From NCBI GenBank assembly GCA_965655095.1, contig OZ296650.1:21824001-21888000 (forward strand): a stretch of DNA of 64,000 bases, given 5' to 3'. Under the pieces are notes generated by a model. It was not told the DNA's origin. It searched no databases and was given only the letters and a program-made list of their open reading frames with translations. Below, in pieces: positions 1 to 13,500 of this stretch. The position numbers and the translations under genes are program-made. Position 1 is the first letter of the stretch. Each line of letters begins with the position of its first letter. Source of the DNA: Haplodiscus bocki. Lineage: Eukaryota.

Positions 1-22
1 AATGTCACTATTTACTCTTCCA

Positions 23-92
23 TTTCAAGTACATGTGGTATTTGTTTCCATTAGTGTTTTCAAGTACATGTGGTATTTGTTTCCATTAGTGT
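23..92 (+). repeat. Perfect 35-bp tandem duplication
   Basis: TTTCAAGTACATGTGGTATTTGTTTCCATTAGTGT at 23-57 and 58-92. Confidence 0.95.
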
Positions 93-1632
93 CAAATTTA
101 TCAGTTTGTTTGGTATCTTAATTTCATTTTTTTGAAAAAAATGTATCAGCTTTTCTACTTGGTGTTTTTTTACTTGGTGTTTTTAGTTATTGCTGAAAAG
201 CCCGACTATAGTAGTATTTTGTTTTTTTTTCAAGATGACAAACCTCACTCGGTATTCGACGTTCCTACTAACCTATAATTAGGACAAAGTAGATTCCCTT
301 TCACAAAAGGTTTGTTAACCTCAGTAGAAGTTTGATCACCTTTTTTCAGAAAATGGATACATGACGCATTTTTTCAGATACGTCTCATAATTTTAAAAAA
401 AACAAAATGTTCAATAATTTGTTGGAATAAAACTTTTAAAAATGGACCAAAGTTTCTGGAACTTTTACGGCGAATATCAGGCTGATTTCATTTTTCGAAT
501 AGCAGAATTTCTGACCTACTCCTGCCTTTTTCATTCAAAATGCTCTTGGAAAATCAATCGTCACTGAGCTTTTTGGAAATTCAAGTCTTTTCTAGTGTTT
601 CACACATTTTAACTTAAAAAATGTGTCAAAATCGGCTTGTCTCCGTTTTTAGTGTTCGAAACTTGCATTTTTGATATCATCAGAGAGTGTAGTCATCTAG
701 TGTAAACGGGAAAAAATGGCTTCTTTAGAGACATTTGGCAGGTCTTTGTTTGTTTTCGCGTTCAAAAAAGTACTAATTTTTCAAACATTGGTCCGAAAAG
801 AATTGAGCCACAGCGTCGTAAAGTTTCATTTTTGACATTTCAGTGTTTTAAATATCGAGACTGTGGGCGGTAATTTGTTCAGTTTCGCCTTGTTTTCAGT
901 GCGAATCTCTTAAACATTGGGCTGTAAAATGGCTTAACTTAAAAAACACATGATTGACAGATCAAGTTGCTACGTACGAAACACTTTGACAGGTGATCGT
1001 CTCAATTCGACTTTTTTTGTAACAAATGTTTGACAACTGGTGTAGTAATTCTAAAATAGTCAATCACGTATCCGATCATGATTCAATTGTTTTCAGCTTC
1101 TTTGATGTGAACTGTCAAGTCAAAATGTTTTGCGAAGTTCTGTTTCGCCTCTGTTTAACTTTAAAACTTTAAGAGGAAAGTCGTTATTGAAATATGTACG
1201 GTTTGGCCGAATAAAGTTGTTCACTCCCAACGTGAACATTTTCGCATGTGGAAATTCGGTCAAAGTGTTTTGATTGATTTTTATGTCGTTCACGTCTCAA
1301 CGAAGCATTTCCGCGAAGTGTTAAAGTTTAAAAAGCTAGAAGATCTTGAATCTTTAAAATTCTGCCATTCGTTTTCAAATGTGGTTGGCAATGATTGCGT
1401 TACTCTTTTGAAGTGCAATTTCTTATGAAAGTGGTAAAAATGGATAGGGTGAAAAAATCCTCCAAAAATTAAGTGTTCTCTCAAATGAAAATTGATGTTT
1501 GCCGTGAAAATTCAAGAAGCGTTTGTCCCTACTACACTTTTCTAAATTTAATTTCAACAAATGAACGTTTTTTGAGGCTATTTTTATCGATCCAAACTTT
1601 GATCATCCACTCACTGTATTTCAGTTTTCTTG

Positions 1633-4600
1633 ATGAACATTGAATTGTTGGAGTCGTTTGGTCACACTTATCCCGAGGAACTTGATGGGTCGTTAGAGTG
1701 TGTGGCCTTTGCAAACTGTTGTGCTTTCAACAGATGGGGGACTCTGTTAGCAGTGGGTTGCAACGACGGTCGAGTGATTGTCTGGGATTTCCTCACTCGC
1801 AGCATCTCCAAAATCATTCAAAGTCATGTGCAGGCAAGTGGCAAACATTCTGACGCTGCTTGACAGAAACATTCTGCCGGACAGACATCGTTAATATTGA
1901 TGGGCGAGCAACCGTAAAAACATTTTTGGATAAAGATTATAATTTTCATGCGTCGAATTCAAAATCAAGTGTCGACTTTTGGTTGAAACATGCTTAGCTG
2001 GACGGTAAATTTGAAAAGCCTTTTTTCAAAGGAAAACGGTTGTGAAATCCTCATAGTAGTCAAATCTTTTCACCCCGCAGAAATCTATTCTGAAACTGTC
2101 GTGTCAATCATGAAAAAAAGTTGTTGGCGTTGAATGAATTGAAATGATGACTGTTTTTCAGCCCATGAGCAGTATCAGCTGGTCAAGAGATGGCAAAAAA
2201 CTATTAACAGCTGCCAGTGACATGAACATTGCTATACACGATGTTCTGTCAGGAGAATGTGAACACAAGTTAGAATTTCACTTAACCACCTATACTCACA
2301 GAAAATTGATTGAGACTTGTACATATTCCGCTTTTGAAAACATCTCAATTAAATAAACTACATCACAAGAGACGGATTTGTACAAGAAATTGAATTGGAT
2401 GGCTGTTTGGTTAATCTTGATTGTGGATTCAATTAAATAGCAAGTCAAGAATGGCCAAAATCGGCGCATCCCGTATGGCTGAGAATATTCATAGGGCTGA
2501 GTTGTTTTTTACCATTGTATTTTGGTATTTTTTTTGGTTTAAAATGTAAAGCAAGCATAGCTAATGCTGGCATTCGAAGCCTTTACCTGTCGATTTGGTA
2601 GATTTTATAACGGGGGTATCACAAAAGAATTTTGGTCCGGAGAATGTCCCAAATTTTTTCGATGATAGTTGGGTTTTTGGTATATTTTTTTGGTATAAAA
2701 TTTAAATTATATAGTCTATACTGGGGCTCGAACCCAGGAACTGTGGATTCGGAACTCTTTTTTTTACCACTGGGCGATATAGAATGTAAAAGTATAACCT
2801 GTTTTAACCGGAACCCTTCTGTCCTACCCATTTGGCCGCGGAAATACCACATAAGATCTAGGCAGACTCTAAAATTATATCGATTCGAAGTGAGCTTTCT
2901 TGTCTTGCGATAAAAAGAAGAAACTGTAATAGTCGGCGTTTCTATTTCATAGAGCGCCGACTTAAAACGCTCCCCGGTGTGGTTTTTAGGCTAGCAACGC
3001 CAGCTTATTACGATTGACGTTTTTTTTGTTAACAACTCGCCGTGATTAACTTTTGTTTCCTTCGTTGCTTGGCTTACCTTGAGTAATAGGGATTATAGAA
3101 GTTTTTGAAATCCAGTGAAATTCTTTTTTAACGTCTATGTAGATAATTGAGATCTTACGACGAAAAGGACGAAATAAAGGATGGGACCGCCGGAAAAGAT
3201 AGTTGTCTGCCTGAGCTTTTATCATGCACTAATTTTTCATGAACTGTAGACCGGATTACAATCATCCAATTTTATTCAAACTACTCGCATTTAGGAAAAT
3301 CTAATAGAATCCAGAAGCCAGAGATGGCCATTTGAGAACACTAGCTGGAAAACAATCGAGTTCAAACTTCGAAAATTACATTAAACTTTAGCAAAATGAT
3401 GTTTGCGAAAGTGATTTTTTATTTACACTATTGTCCATATTACAATCACCCATTCTAGTTAATTCATCAGCATGCAACTCCGGAAATCTACTATGTGGAG
3501 GGAATCTTCAATACGATTCTTTCAGTGCAAAATATCCAGATTTGTACTTGGAAACCTTGATTACTTTTCAGCAAGATTGTTTCCTCAAGTGATTTCTTGA
3601 ACAATACAGATTGGAGAAAACTTTAATTGTTGCCTATATGCTTTGCTGCCCCTCTGTGTTACACTTGTGCCAGCAATTATTATAGACACGGGTAGTGGTA
3701 CTTTTCCGCTCATGGACAACTATCAAGACGTACGATTCGATGAACTTCTCGTTCAACTTCTTGCGTGTTAACATCCACGTCCCCTGCGCCTGAATTTTTC
3801 TTTGTTTTACTTTTTGGCTAAATTATTGAAGTCTTTGGGATTTTTTTCTAGGCGTTGAGACAAGTTGCCTATGACAACCCTGTGCTGCCTATGAGTAACC
3901 TAGAATCATAGGTCCTCCGCGAGTTGGATTCTTTTTTACTTTTGGGAAAGTAATACGACTGGTTGACAATCTAACCATGTTCCAAAATATTAGTTCTCGA
4001 AGTTTGTCACCGAATTGAACGCAAAATTAATTAAACTTTGGGGCTTTTGAGATGACAATTTTTTGATGAAATGGCTTCAGATGCACTGGTTACTTACTGC
4101 AAGGGTTGAACTTTCATATTTGGGGACTTTCAAGATCAGAGAAAATGCTTGCCGCGAAACAGCAGCTATGTGCCATTCCATACTTTCCACGCGAAATATC
4201 TTGACTTGTTGCTTGAACATGAAATTTTTACTACTTGCCTCCTTGGAAGCTGTTTTCAAGGGATGTCGGTAAGACTGCGGGCATCTATTGGACTTCCCTC
4301 TACTTTGATAAAACAGAGGCGTCCTGTACCCAAGCTTTCCACGCGATTTATCTTCACTTGTAGTTTAAAATTCTGGGACGATTTTAGTCTTAGGATATTC
4401 TGGCTAAAAAGAAGAGCGTTCGTTGAAACCAGCTTGTGTCCAGTTTTCTTATCCTGTTCAGAACTGGAGTTTTTTGACTTCATCAAAAGAGTCTAGTCAT
4501 CTAGTGTAAAGACTCAAAAATGGTTTCTTTTGGCAGGTACTCATTTATTTTCGGGTTGTTTACTGTGCAAGTGTCAAAATTGGGCAGCTGAATAGCTTAA

Positions 4601-7600
4601 TTAAAAAACATGATTGAAGTATCAATGTTCTGATTTTTTTTCGACTTTGAGACATTGTGGCCTTTACTTGTTCATTATCACATTGAATACTATGCAAACT
4701 TCCCAAACATTGTTCAGCAAAATATCTTAACCCACAAAAGGCCTTATTGTGAGGTATCAATTTTTTGCGTATGAGACCCTGTGACAGGTGCTTGTTTCTT
4801 TTTAGCTTTTTGAACAAAGTTTTGATTCACAGTGTTAATGTTAATTCTAATAGTTTCTATCAAATTCCCGATCATTGTTTCAAATGAGTTTCCAGATCCG
4901 TGATCTCAACTGAAGTCAAAATATGTTGCAAGTTCCGTTTCGCCTCTGTGTTTGAAAATCATTTTTCTCGAAGATAAGTTATTGGATTGCGATCATCCAG
5001 TGCACCTTCGAATGTCTGGTTTGTAGAGAAGCTGTATAGAACATGAGACGTTCTGTACCAATCTTTCCACGCGACTCAGGTCGAATTTAGTTGAAAATTC
5101 AAAAAAATGCCCTTTTCCATGGTAGTTTTTTTTGAGAGTACGGGATTGAGGGCATCCAGTGGTCATTCAAAAGCACGAAATATAACAAATTTGCAAAGAA
5201 TATGGGATGTCCTACATTATACGTTCCACGCTAAAGTTGTCTATCTCAAGCACTTGTTGGTTTTTGGACTTCCAGTGGTCATTGAAAACCACGCATATGG
5301 AGAATTCTGCGATGAAGCTGTCTTGTTGTTTCCTACGATTCAATCCCTACGCTTTAACGAATGTGGCTGGTAATTTGTGAATCGGTAATTTCTGTCATGT
5401 CTTTTTTGAAAAAGTTTTTCTTGATAGACTACCGGTTGGATTTCAGACATCCAGTGTGTTTTCAAAAACCCGAAGTGTGGCGAATTTGCAGTGTATCATT
5501 GTTTTTTTTCAGAGTAATATCTTGACGTGTACTTTGAAAGCTAAAATTTTACCACGTGTTCTTTCTGGGAGACTACTGGTTGTATTTGTAGTCATCTAAT
5601 GCATAACCGGAATCCTAATAAATAGTATTCCGATTGAACAGCCGTATTTTCTACTTTTTCATTGGAACCGTTTTTCTGTAGTTTTTTCTTTCATGCGAAT
5701 AAAGTTCATATGAATCAAGTGAGCAGCGGCTGTCGATGGGCAAATAGTCGATGAAACTCCTCACCTTCGACGGATGTGTATGCGAAGCCCAGCTTTCCTC
5801 TGTGTCAATTTTGATTGTAGTTTCTATTTATTTTCTTGCATCCTACACTGTATGAAGTTGCGTTTTTAGAGGATGTACACGATTATCCGAAAAAAGTGAA
5901 GAAACAGACAAAACCACACCCTAGTCGGCGCGCAGCTCGAAACAGAAAAAAAAACAAAAAATAAGGATGATATGTTGAAAAATGAGGTCGAACAATTTTG
6001 ACAAGTATTTAGGTACCGTTTCCCGTCGATAGTGATTACAGCGCAGTTTCACCCTCGCGATGCTGAACGATTTCTCGTGTGTCCCATGAAGCATTCAGCT
6101 GTGCTTGTTTCTGTGTCCGGAAAACACAACACACTGCCCCTGGACGCAGACTCAGTGTCAGCTGGAGCGGAGCCCAATGTCTGTGCCGTTTTCGATCGCC
6201 GTGGAACTCATGTTGTCACTGGCAATTCCAAAGGAAAAGTTTTAGTTGTCAAAACGGACGACTTGCAGATATTAGCCGCATTCAGAATATCTGCCAGCTC
6301 TTCACAAGGTCAGCATTTCTTTCCTCAAGAAGTCTTGCGTGGAAAAATACATTACAAAAATACTTTTTAGTTGGTTTAAGTGATATCAAGTACTCGATAT
6401 TTCCTGGCAGGTTCAGAGTGAGCTTTTCTTAGCGGTACTTTGGTGGTTCTGTTGCTCGAATAAATTTCCGTTTTTGCTAATTGCGTCATTTAATGAATTC
6501 CAGAATTCGGGAAGTCTTTAACCAGAAATTTTCGTAAGATGACTTGCACATTGCAATTACGTCAATTTCGGTGAAAAAGTGAACGTTGTAAAATATTTTG
6601 ACGTGCCAAAAACTTGCCCGAAATCTCATTTTTGGTTCAGAAACGTTCAAACTTTCGTCTGCTCATTGCTTCTACAGTAGTGATTTTAATTAAGAGAGCT
6701 CCTTTGCTAAAATCAGCTTTTTTAAGCTCGAAATCGGCCAAAAGCTCAAAAAATTTGAGAGGCTCAAATTTCAGCATTTTTGTCATTTTTCAGAAAATTG
6801 TAAAAATCAAAGGTTTTGTGAGATCTTCAAAGCTATAAAATTGTAGCTGAACGTTTTTCTTTATTATTTTTAGTTTGAATTTTTTCGAGAAAACTTCAAA
6901 GTCGGTCAAAAATAGCCGAAATCGGGGGCAACCAGAACTTTTGAACAATTGGTCCGATTTCAAAACAAACAACACTATTAAACTCCTTCAAAAATTGTTT
7001 TCATAAAGCCATTGTGCTTTGAGAAAAATAGTTACTAAGTTACTCAATTTTTCAGGAGTTCACTTACTTAAAATCAGTACAGTATCTAAACTTTTAATAT
7101 TTTTCGCCATATTTATAATATGGGAAGAAAATAATCATCCACTCAACGCGAAAGTTTTTTGCCAATTGATAATGTCCGGCTGTTCTGTCTTTGAAATATT
7201 AAATCACCAAATTATAGAAAATTTGCCGTAGAAAGCGACTGAAGTAGATTTCTCAAAACGTACAAAATTTGTTTTTTTTTTGAAAAAAATAGATGAATTT
7301 TTCCAAAAAAGCTTGGTTTTTTTCCAAAATTGTGAAAGGAGGCAAATTTGCTGTAAAATGTGTATCAAATGATAATATTTCAGAAATTTTTTTCCACCAG
7401 AATTGAGGGTTTTTTTGCAGAAATCAGAAAAATTTAAAATTTGGAAAAATTGTCAAAATTTGGCGAAGATAGTATTTTTTGAAATAAAAAAACGCTTTCA
7501 TCCTTCTAAGTGGTATCTTCAGTAAAGAGGGTGGAAAATATGCCAGAGGTCGTCTTGTTAATCATTCAAATGAAAATCGGTTAGATGATTTGGAACTAAG

Positions 7601-10002
7601 TAATGTAAAAATTAAGGAATGATCCTATAAGGACATGTTAGTTGTACAACGGTGATTGGTGATATTTATTTTTTTTTCATTCAAGAAAAGTAAAGATTTG
7701 GAAATAAAAGATTGACTTGAGCTACCATTGATTATGTTCTGGGAGGCACTACTTTTAGGAATCAAGCAGATAATTTTTGCCCGGACTGGTACAGACTTCA
7801 TTGTGTCGAGTGGTGACCGAATAATCAGAGTGTACAATTTGGAAGAGGTTATGTTGCGGGGAGTTACTGGAAACGGGAAACCTGAACCCGAACCAGTTCA
7901 GAAGCTACAGGACATGGTCAACCGGACAGCATGGAAAAAAGTAAAGTGGCCTGGCCATGAGTGTATTTCCTATTTTTTTATTTTTCGCCCACATAAGCAT
8001 GGAAGGAAAATCATCAAGTCTCTGCGTGCGTTTTTTACACATACTTTCCAATTGCACGATTTTCAGCGTGAAAAGTTTTGAATCAAAATTTTATTATTAT
8101 CACCAAATTGTAGCAAATGCGAATGAAATTGTAAGGTTTTGTAAATACGTACCAAAGTAGTTTTTGTGGAAAAAATAAATGAAAAAAATGGCAATTTTGC
8201 TGTGGAATATGTATAAAATGGTGATGCTTTTTAGGCATTTAGGCTTTTAAATTTTGCTTTCTTTTTTTCGCAAATCGGTTTCATCGACCGCAAAAGCGAA
8301 GCTGAAAGATAACGTGTAGCGGAATACAGTACTGTGATCAAGAAATGGAACATAAGGCTGTGAAAAAAAATGGGACACTTTAGTTTTCGTCGTTGCTTTA
8401 AATATGCCAAGATTTTGTCACATTAATCTCTAAGAAAGTTGGAGGGCGGAAAATATTCCGGTGATTGCCGGTCGTCTTGTTATTATGGTAGATTTTTAAA
8501 AAATCACTTTCCTAATTAGGATTTTCTGTGAAAAATTATCAGAAATTAAGTTACTTCATCGTGTGTGACAATATCACGGATGTCATTCCAGAGGGAGACT
8601 TTAGTGGATTGTTGAATTCGAGTTTAAGATCGCATGTTTTTTTTGGGATTGACTGATTAAACCAGGGAGAAATCGATTTTGTTCGATATAGATTATGAAT
8701 GCCCCAATAAATTTTACGATTTTCAAAAAGTATTTTAAGATATATTGATGGTACATGAGAGCCGACTTGCTGGATTGACCTCCATTGAAAATTTTCCACC
8801 GACATAGTGCTTAATTAGAAATGATGTGATGATTGACGGATGTTCAGGTTGGCTTCAGTGGAGATGGACAGTTCATTGTTGCAGCTTCTATGAGGCAGCA
8901 CGCATTATACATTTGGGAGAAGGCAGGCTCTGGTACTCTGGTCAAAGTTCTGCATGGAGCCAGAGGAGAACTGGTTTTGGATGTGGCCTGGCACCCCATA
9001 AGGCCAATCATTGCATCCATATCATCTGGAATCGTGTCCATCTGGGCACAGGTAAAATTTTACAATTGATTGGCCCTCTACATTGAAATTTCCGACGAAT
9101 CATTTTAATCAACTTGAATGCAGAGGCCGAAATGCAGCATTATGGAAGCGAGCTTGAGTCAATATTAAAAACTTTGAATTTCTTTATAGCTCAAATATTG
9201 CCTGTTACTATTTAGGCACAGGTAGAGAACTGGAGTGCGTTTGCCCCAGACTTCAGGGAGTTGGAGGAAAACGTGGAATATGAGGAAAGAGAATCAGAAT
9301 TCGACTTGGAGGATGAAGACAGATCTTTGCCTGACACTGACAAGGACGCTGCAGACGATGAAGAGGTGTAAAACATTTCTACAGTTTAATTAATTGTACA
9401 AAATATTAATGCCTTGGCCATTCAAATTAAGTGCTTTTGCGAAATTCGGATTTGAATTTTGTGGCAATCGCTTCTTAAGCTAACCCAAGGCATTTTTTTA
9501 GTGACTGTCTGCCCGTTCTGTATATTATCCAATAGAAAGTTTGACTTAGTCGATGTAATCGTTTGGGATTGTGTCATTGGAAAATAATGTGTCTTTTCTG
9601 TAATTCCAGATAGACATAGTTGGCACGGCGCCGAGCAGTAGGGCTTTTCTGGACAGTGACGAAGAGGAATTAGACTTGGAAGGAGTTTTGTTTCTTCCCA
9701 CTGCTCCTGAAATCGAAGACCCAGAAGAAACGCCCAATTCGATGGAACAAAATGCTGTGGCTGCAGGTAGCGAGGAAATGAGAAAGAGAAAACACCAACA
9801 GTTAGATGATGACTTCAGTCGAAGGACCTCGGCAATGTCACCCAAGGACAATGGGGGCAAGTCGAGGAAGACCAAAATTCATGATATCGAATTGGAACAG
9901 ATTGATGCAAATGTGAGCGGTAGCATGAGCTCAGCTAATTCAGCCGGGTCTAGTCGAGATACTTCCAGCGGCAGTCGTAAAAAAGGGAAACGAAAAATTT
10001 GA
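1633..10002 (+). CDS. RBBP5: Retinoblastoma-binding protein 5 (WD40 subunit of COMPASS/SET1-MLL H3K4 methyltransferase complexes), 7 coding exons, about 510 aa
   Basis: Exons 1633-1833, 2162-2268, 6013-6308, 7759-7940, 8848-9051, 9216-9365 and 9610-10002 join in frame (1533 nt; intron phases 0,2,1,0,0,0). The spliced peptides [112 protein letters not shown] and [13 protein letters not shown] match RBBP5/Swd1 as I recall it. Confidence 0.96.
2469..2855 (-). repeat. Repeat family D carrying tRNA-like A/B boxes; related copies at about 49410-49520 (-) and 60919-62160 (+, split by the hAT element)
   Basis: The minus strand reads TGTGGTAT..ATCGCCCAGTGGTAA..GGGTTCGAGCCCCAGTATAG..ATACCAAAAA..GTGATACCCC..CCATACGGGAT. 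The same blocks occur at 60919, 61160-61205, 62082-62091 and 62150-62160. Confidence 0.7.
2985..3960 (+). repeat. Long interspersed repeat homologous to 12195-13030 (short related start at about 31645)
   Basis: Shared colinear blocks: GCAACGCCAGCTTATTACGAT (hairpin start AGCTGGC-AAC-GCCAGCT), CTTCGTTGCTT, ATGGGACCGC, AATGATGTTT..GTGATTTTT, CCTCTGTGTTACACTTGTGC. Confidence 0.75.
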
Positions 10003-10582
10003 ATTGACCATGTTTGCATCAATACGACAGGCTGGTTTTGGTTGATGAGTCTCATTGAACCTGGAATCTTGAATAGAACCCGAAAAATAATACAGCTATG
10101 CTTCTGAATTGTGAAAATATCATCGGTGCATCAAGTTGTCAGATGTGCATGGTTTTGGATGGGCACGGAGCCAAGACGTTTGAGATGCGGAAGCGCGTGA
10201 ACTATATTTTAATGGAGTAAAGTTGAGACGATGAACTTCGGTCGAATGACGTAAAATCTTATTGCTTTAATTGTTAAATTGATGTAGTTTTGAATTCATA
10301 TTTTTGTGTTAGACATCAAATTTTTGTGAAACCCAAACTTTAACAAAAAAGTAGTTTGGAAGAACCTTAGTTTTTGACGGAAATTTTTGGAATCTGCATT
10401 GGCTGTTTTTCCGGAGTTTAAAGAAGAGCACCGTATTTTGAACCAACTAATCTCTGTTCGCAGCTACCAAGGAAATTATTTTTTGTAGACTGTTTCGTCT
10501 GAGATCATCTAATTTCAGATGAAATGTAGACAGAGGTAGGACGTTTGCATCATTGTTGATTGCTGGGAGACTCGATACAAAA

Positions 10583-13500
10583 ATGGTTGCTTCCAGAAAT
10601 ACGCAGTTCACGACTCTACTGCAGAAAAACTTCTATCTCAAGTCTGCTTCTTTGTGTTTCCTCGCACTTGAGCTGATTTGGCCCATTTTGGTGTTCGGAG
10701 CTTTGTTTGTTTACGCATCGATGACTATCAAGTTTCAAGGCTATCAAGTGGCGTCAAGATTCGCACGCCCAAGAGCCCTGCCATCTGCTGGTATCATTCC
10801 TTTTCTGCAGACTTCAATTTGTTCCGATGATTATTGGCTTTACCCGTATCAAAGGGGACCCCATGGGTCACGAGCTCCTCTAGTTGCTGCATGGAATTTG
10901 CTGACGGGACCTTTACTTCTTGAAGCGCAGGTTCGAAACTTTTGCTCTTTTGGATAAATGCTAGCCAGAAATAGAAATTTTATATTTTCAACTGGGTTCC
11001 TGGTGTAATTCATGTATTTGTTTGTGGGAGAGGAGTGAAGTGTTCAGTATACAAGATGAACTGATGCGTGAAGTCAAAAATAATTTTGAAGTTGTTTGAA
11101 AACCCCGACGCTGATTTTTGTTATTTCGATACACGTGTTTCAGAAGCTGTATTCATTGTACACTGAAAACAAAGTAAGTCTCATTTATCTGCTTTTATGC
11201 TATCAGTCTAAAAGTATAATTGTAGAAAAGCTACGGGAGAGGATTCTTCTGCTTGTTGGTGTTGACTTTTTAAGTGAAAGTTGGCGAAATAATTCGGTGT
11301 GCTTTGTCTCCACCCAGTGCTTAGTCTTGGTTTTCTTGACAAGATATTGGATAATCTTGAATTTTTTGCCAACATCTTGGATATTCTTGGTCTTCTTGCC
11401 ACAAAATCTAAAAATTTTCGGGGACTTCTTTCCATTTCTTTCCACGATCTTGAAAAATCTTGCGCACCTTGCCGAAAATAATTGCCAAGATCTTGGCAAG
11501 AAATGTCAAAAATCCAAGAATGTTCTTGATAAGAAAACCAAGACGCCAAGCACTGGGAAGAAAGATGAGCGCTTGAAACAAAGTGTTCTAATAGAAAACA
11601 ATTTCTAATTCGAGCTCGAATTTGCTCTTCCAATTTGGTTAATTTTAATTCATATTATTTCTTGTTGTTTTTGGGTGAATCTGGACTGGCTGTGGTCTTC
11701 TGGTTTGTGGGATCTGATGCAGCCAGGAAAATTTTTCAACACAAATCTCTCCTCTCTCAACACTACACTGAGTCCACTCACGATTCAGGCGCTCAATGCT
11801 GCTACGTTCAGTCTGCCGCGGTTCATGAAACACAAAACATTGCCCGGAACATTTTCGGTCATCGATGAGCTCAATAAAACTGGTTAGTCTTCAAATGTTA
11901 ACAAGAGCGCTTGTTTTTGTTTTCACTAGCTCCAAAGAAACTAATGAAAAGGCTTGGAAAACGTACAGATTTATTCCACAAACCAAAAGGCGAAGGTCAA
12001 AATGGTAGGTGACTTTGTATGGCTCAATTGCTGAACTTCTTACAAGAAATTACAAAAAACCCCAAAGTGATGGAGAAAAAGCCAAAACTTCTGTTTATCA
12101 AAAGTTATGTGTTACTTTCAGAAAGTATTAAGAGAACTTTCACTTCTTCAGGAAAACTGCGGATATACTTCAAAATGTTGTAAAATTTTGATTAAGCTGG
12201 CAACGCAAGCTTATTACGATTCACGTTTCTTTTTTTGTGTTGCCGTTGCGAAGTCTAAAATTAATTATTATATTTACTTGCTTCGTTGCTTCGCTTACAG
12301 TAGAGCGTTGCTGAACTGCTAGTTGGGCTTTGTTTCACTTACAATAAAGGTCGGTACCAGTTGATTTTTTTGAAATCGTATCAAGCCAATCTTCCTAAGG
12401 TAGGAAATGGGGCGGAAACGACAAAAAAGAAAATGGGACCGCTGAAATGGATAGTCAGTAATTTACCATAGGTTATTTTCACCTTATCTGAATGTCAGAT
12501 TACAAGCACTTACTTTAAACTCAATTGCTCGCAGCTCAAATCCATTATCCGGAAAAATTCAAGTTTAAATTTTAAACTGGATTTTTTTCAAGAATCTGGA
12601 ATGATGTTTTCTAAGGTGATTTTTTCTAACACTACTGAATGACTTTCAATCCTCCACCGTTAAGCAACATGTTCACAATCGATACAATCTGGTTAAAGCC
12701 AGGGATATCGATTTTCTACTTCATGTGGAAAGCATCTAATTTTGTGGGAAATAAGCAGATTGATGATTTGGAAAATTATTTTTCTGAACCTTAGTGATCG
12801 AAAGATCCTTGTTCCTATCGTGCTGCCAGCTTTGCCAAGCTCCGCTTCGCCTCCGTGTTCCACTTGTGCAAGCTAATTTCATATCACTGAGTTCCACCAC
12901 TTTTTTCCCGATCCGTTCATAACTCTGAACATAAAGTGATGTGTCTGGGACTCCAACATAAGACCTCTCGCGGAGCAGTCGTGTGCTCTCCCAATGGAGC
13001 TATTTCCGATCCAGAATTGACAATTTTATTTTAATTGAAAAGCAAAATAACTGCCATGGCATTTCGTAGCTGTTGATACGTATATAAACATAAGAAGTAA
13101 GTGATTTGTTTGAATTAGCTTCTGTTCATTCGTTCAATCAGAACTAGTTGTAGTAGTGTGGTGCCTTCAAAAATCGTTCATACTCCTTCGATTTGTTCTT
13201 TAGTATGTTTTATATACTTTAGTATTCCGTTGGAGCAAGTGTTCCGAAGCGTGGTTTCGCCTCTGTGTAAAACATAATTATCAACACTTTTGACGTTTCA
13301 GATGCGTTACGTACCCCACTTCTGGGAATACCCTCACCCGTTAAATTTACATCAAATACTATCGTTATTTTGACCAAGTTAGAACAGCCCTAAAGTTTCA
13401 ACACACTCATTTTTTTCGTTAATTTCAGAAAACGAATCTTTTTCAAAACCGGAAAACCTTACAGAAATCAATTCTACAATTTGTAGAACTTTTGGTCCGT

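Noticed and set aside
9045-9224. GGCACAGGTA direct repeat at both ends of RBBP5 intron 5, suggesting intron gain by duplication
   Set aside because: Explained by coding sequence WAQ|AQVEN aligning with conserved WAQNQVEN plus the donor consensus; at most a 6-nt alternative acceptor.
11096-11633. Overlapping 98-170 aa ORFs on both strands
   Set aside because: Produced by the palindromic MITE; only the 30-nt microexon is likely coding.
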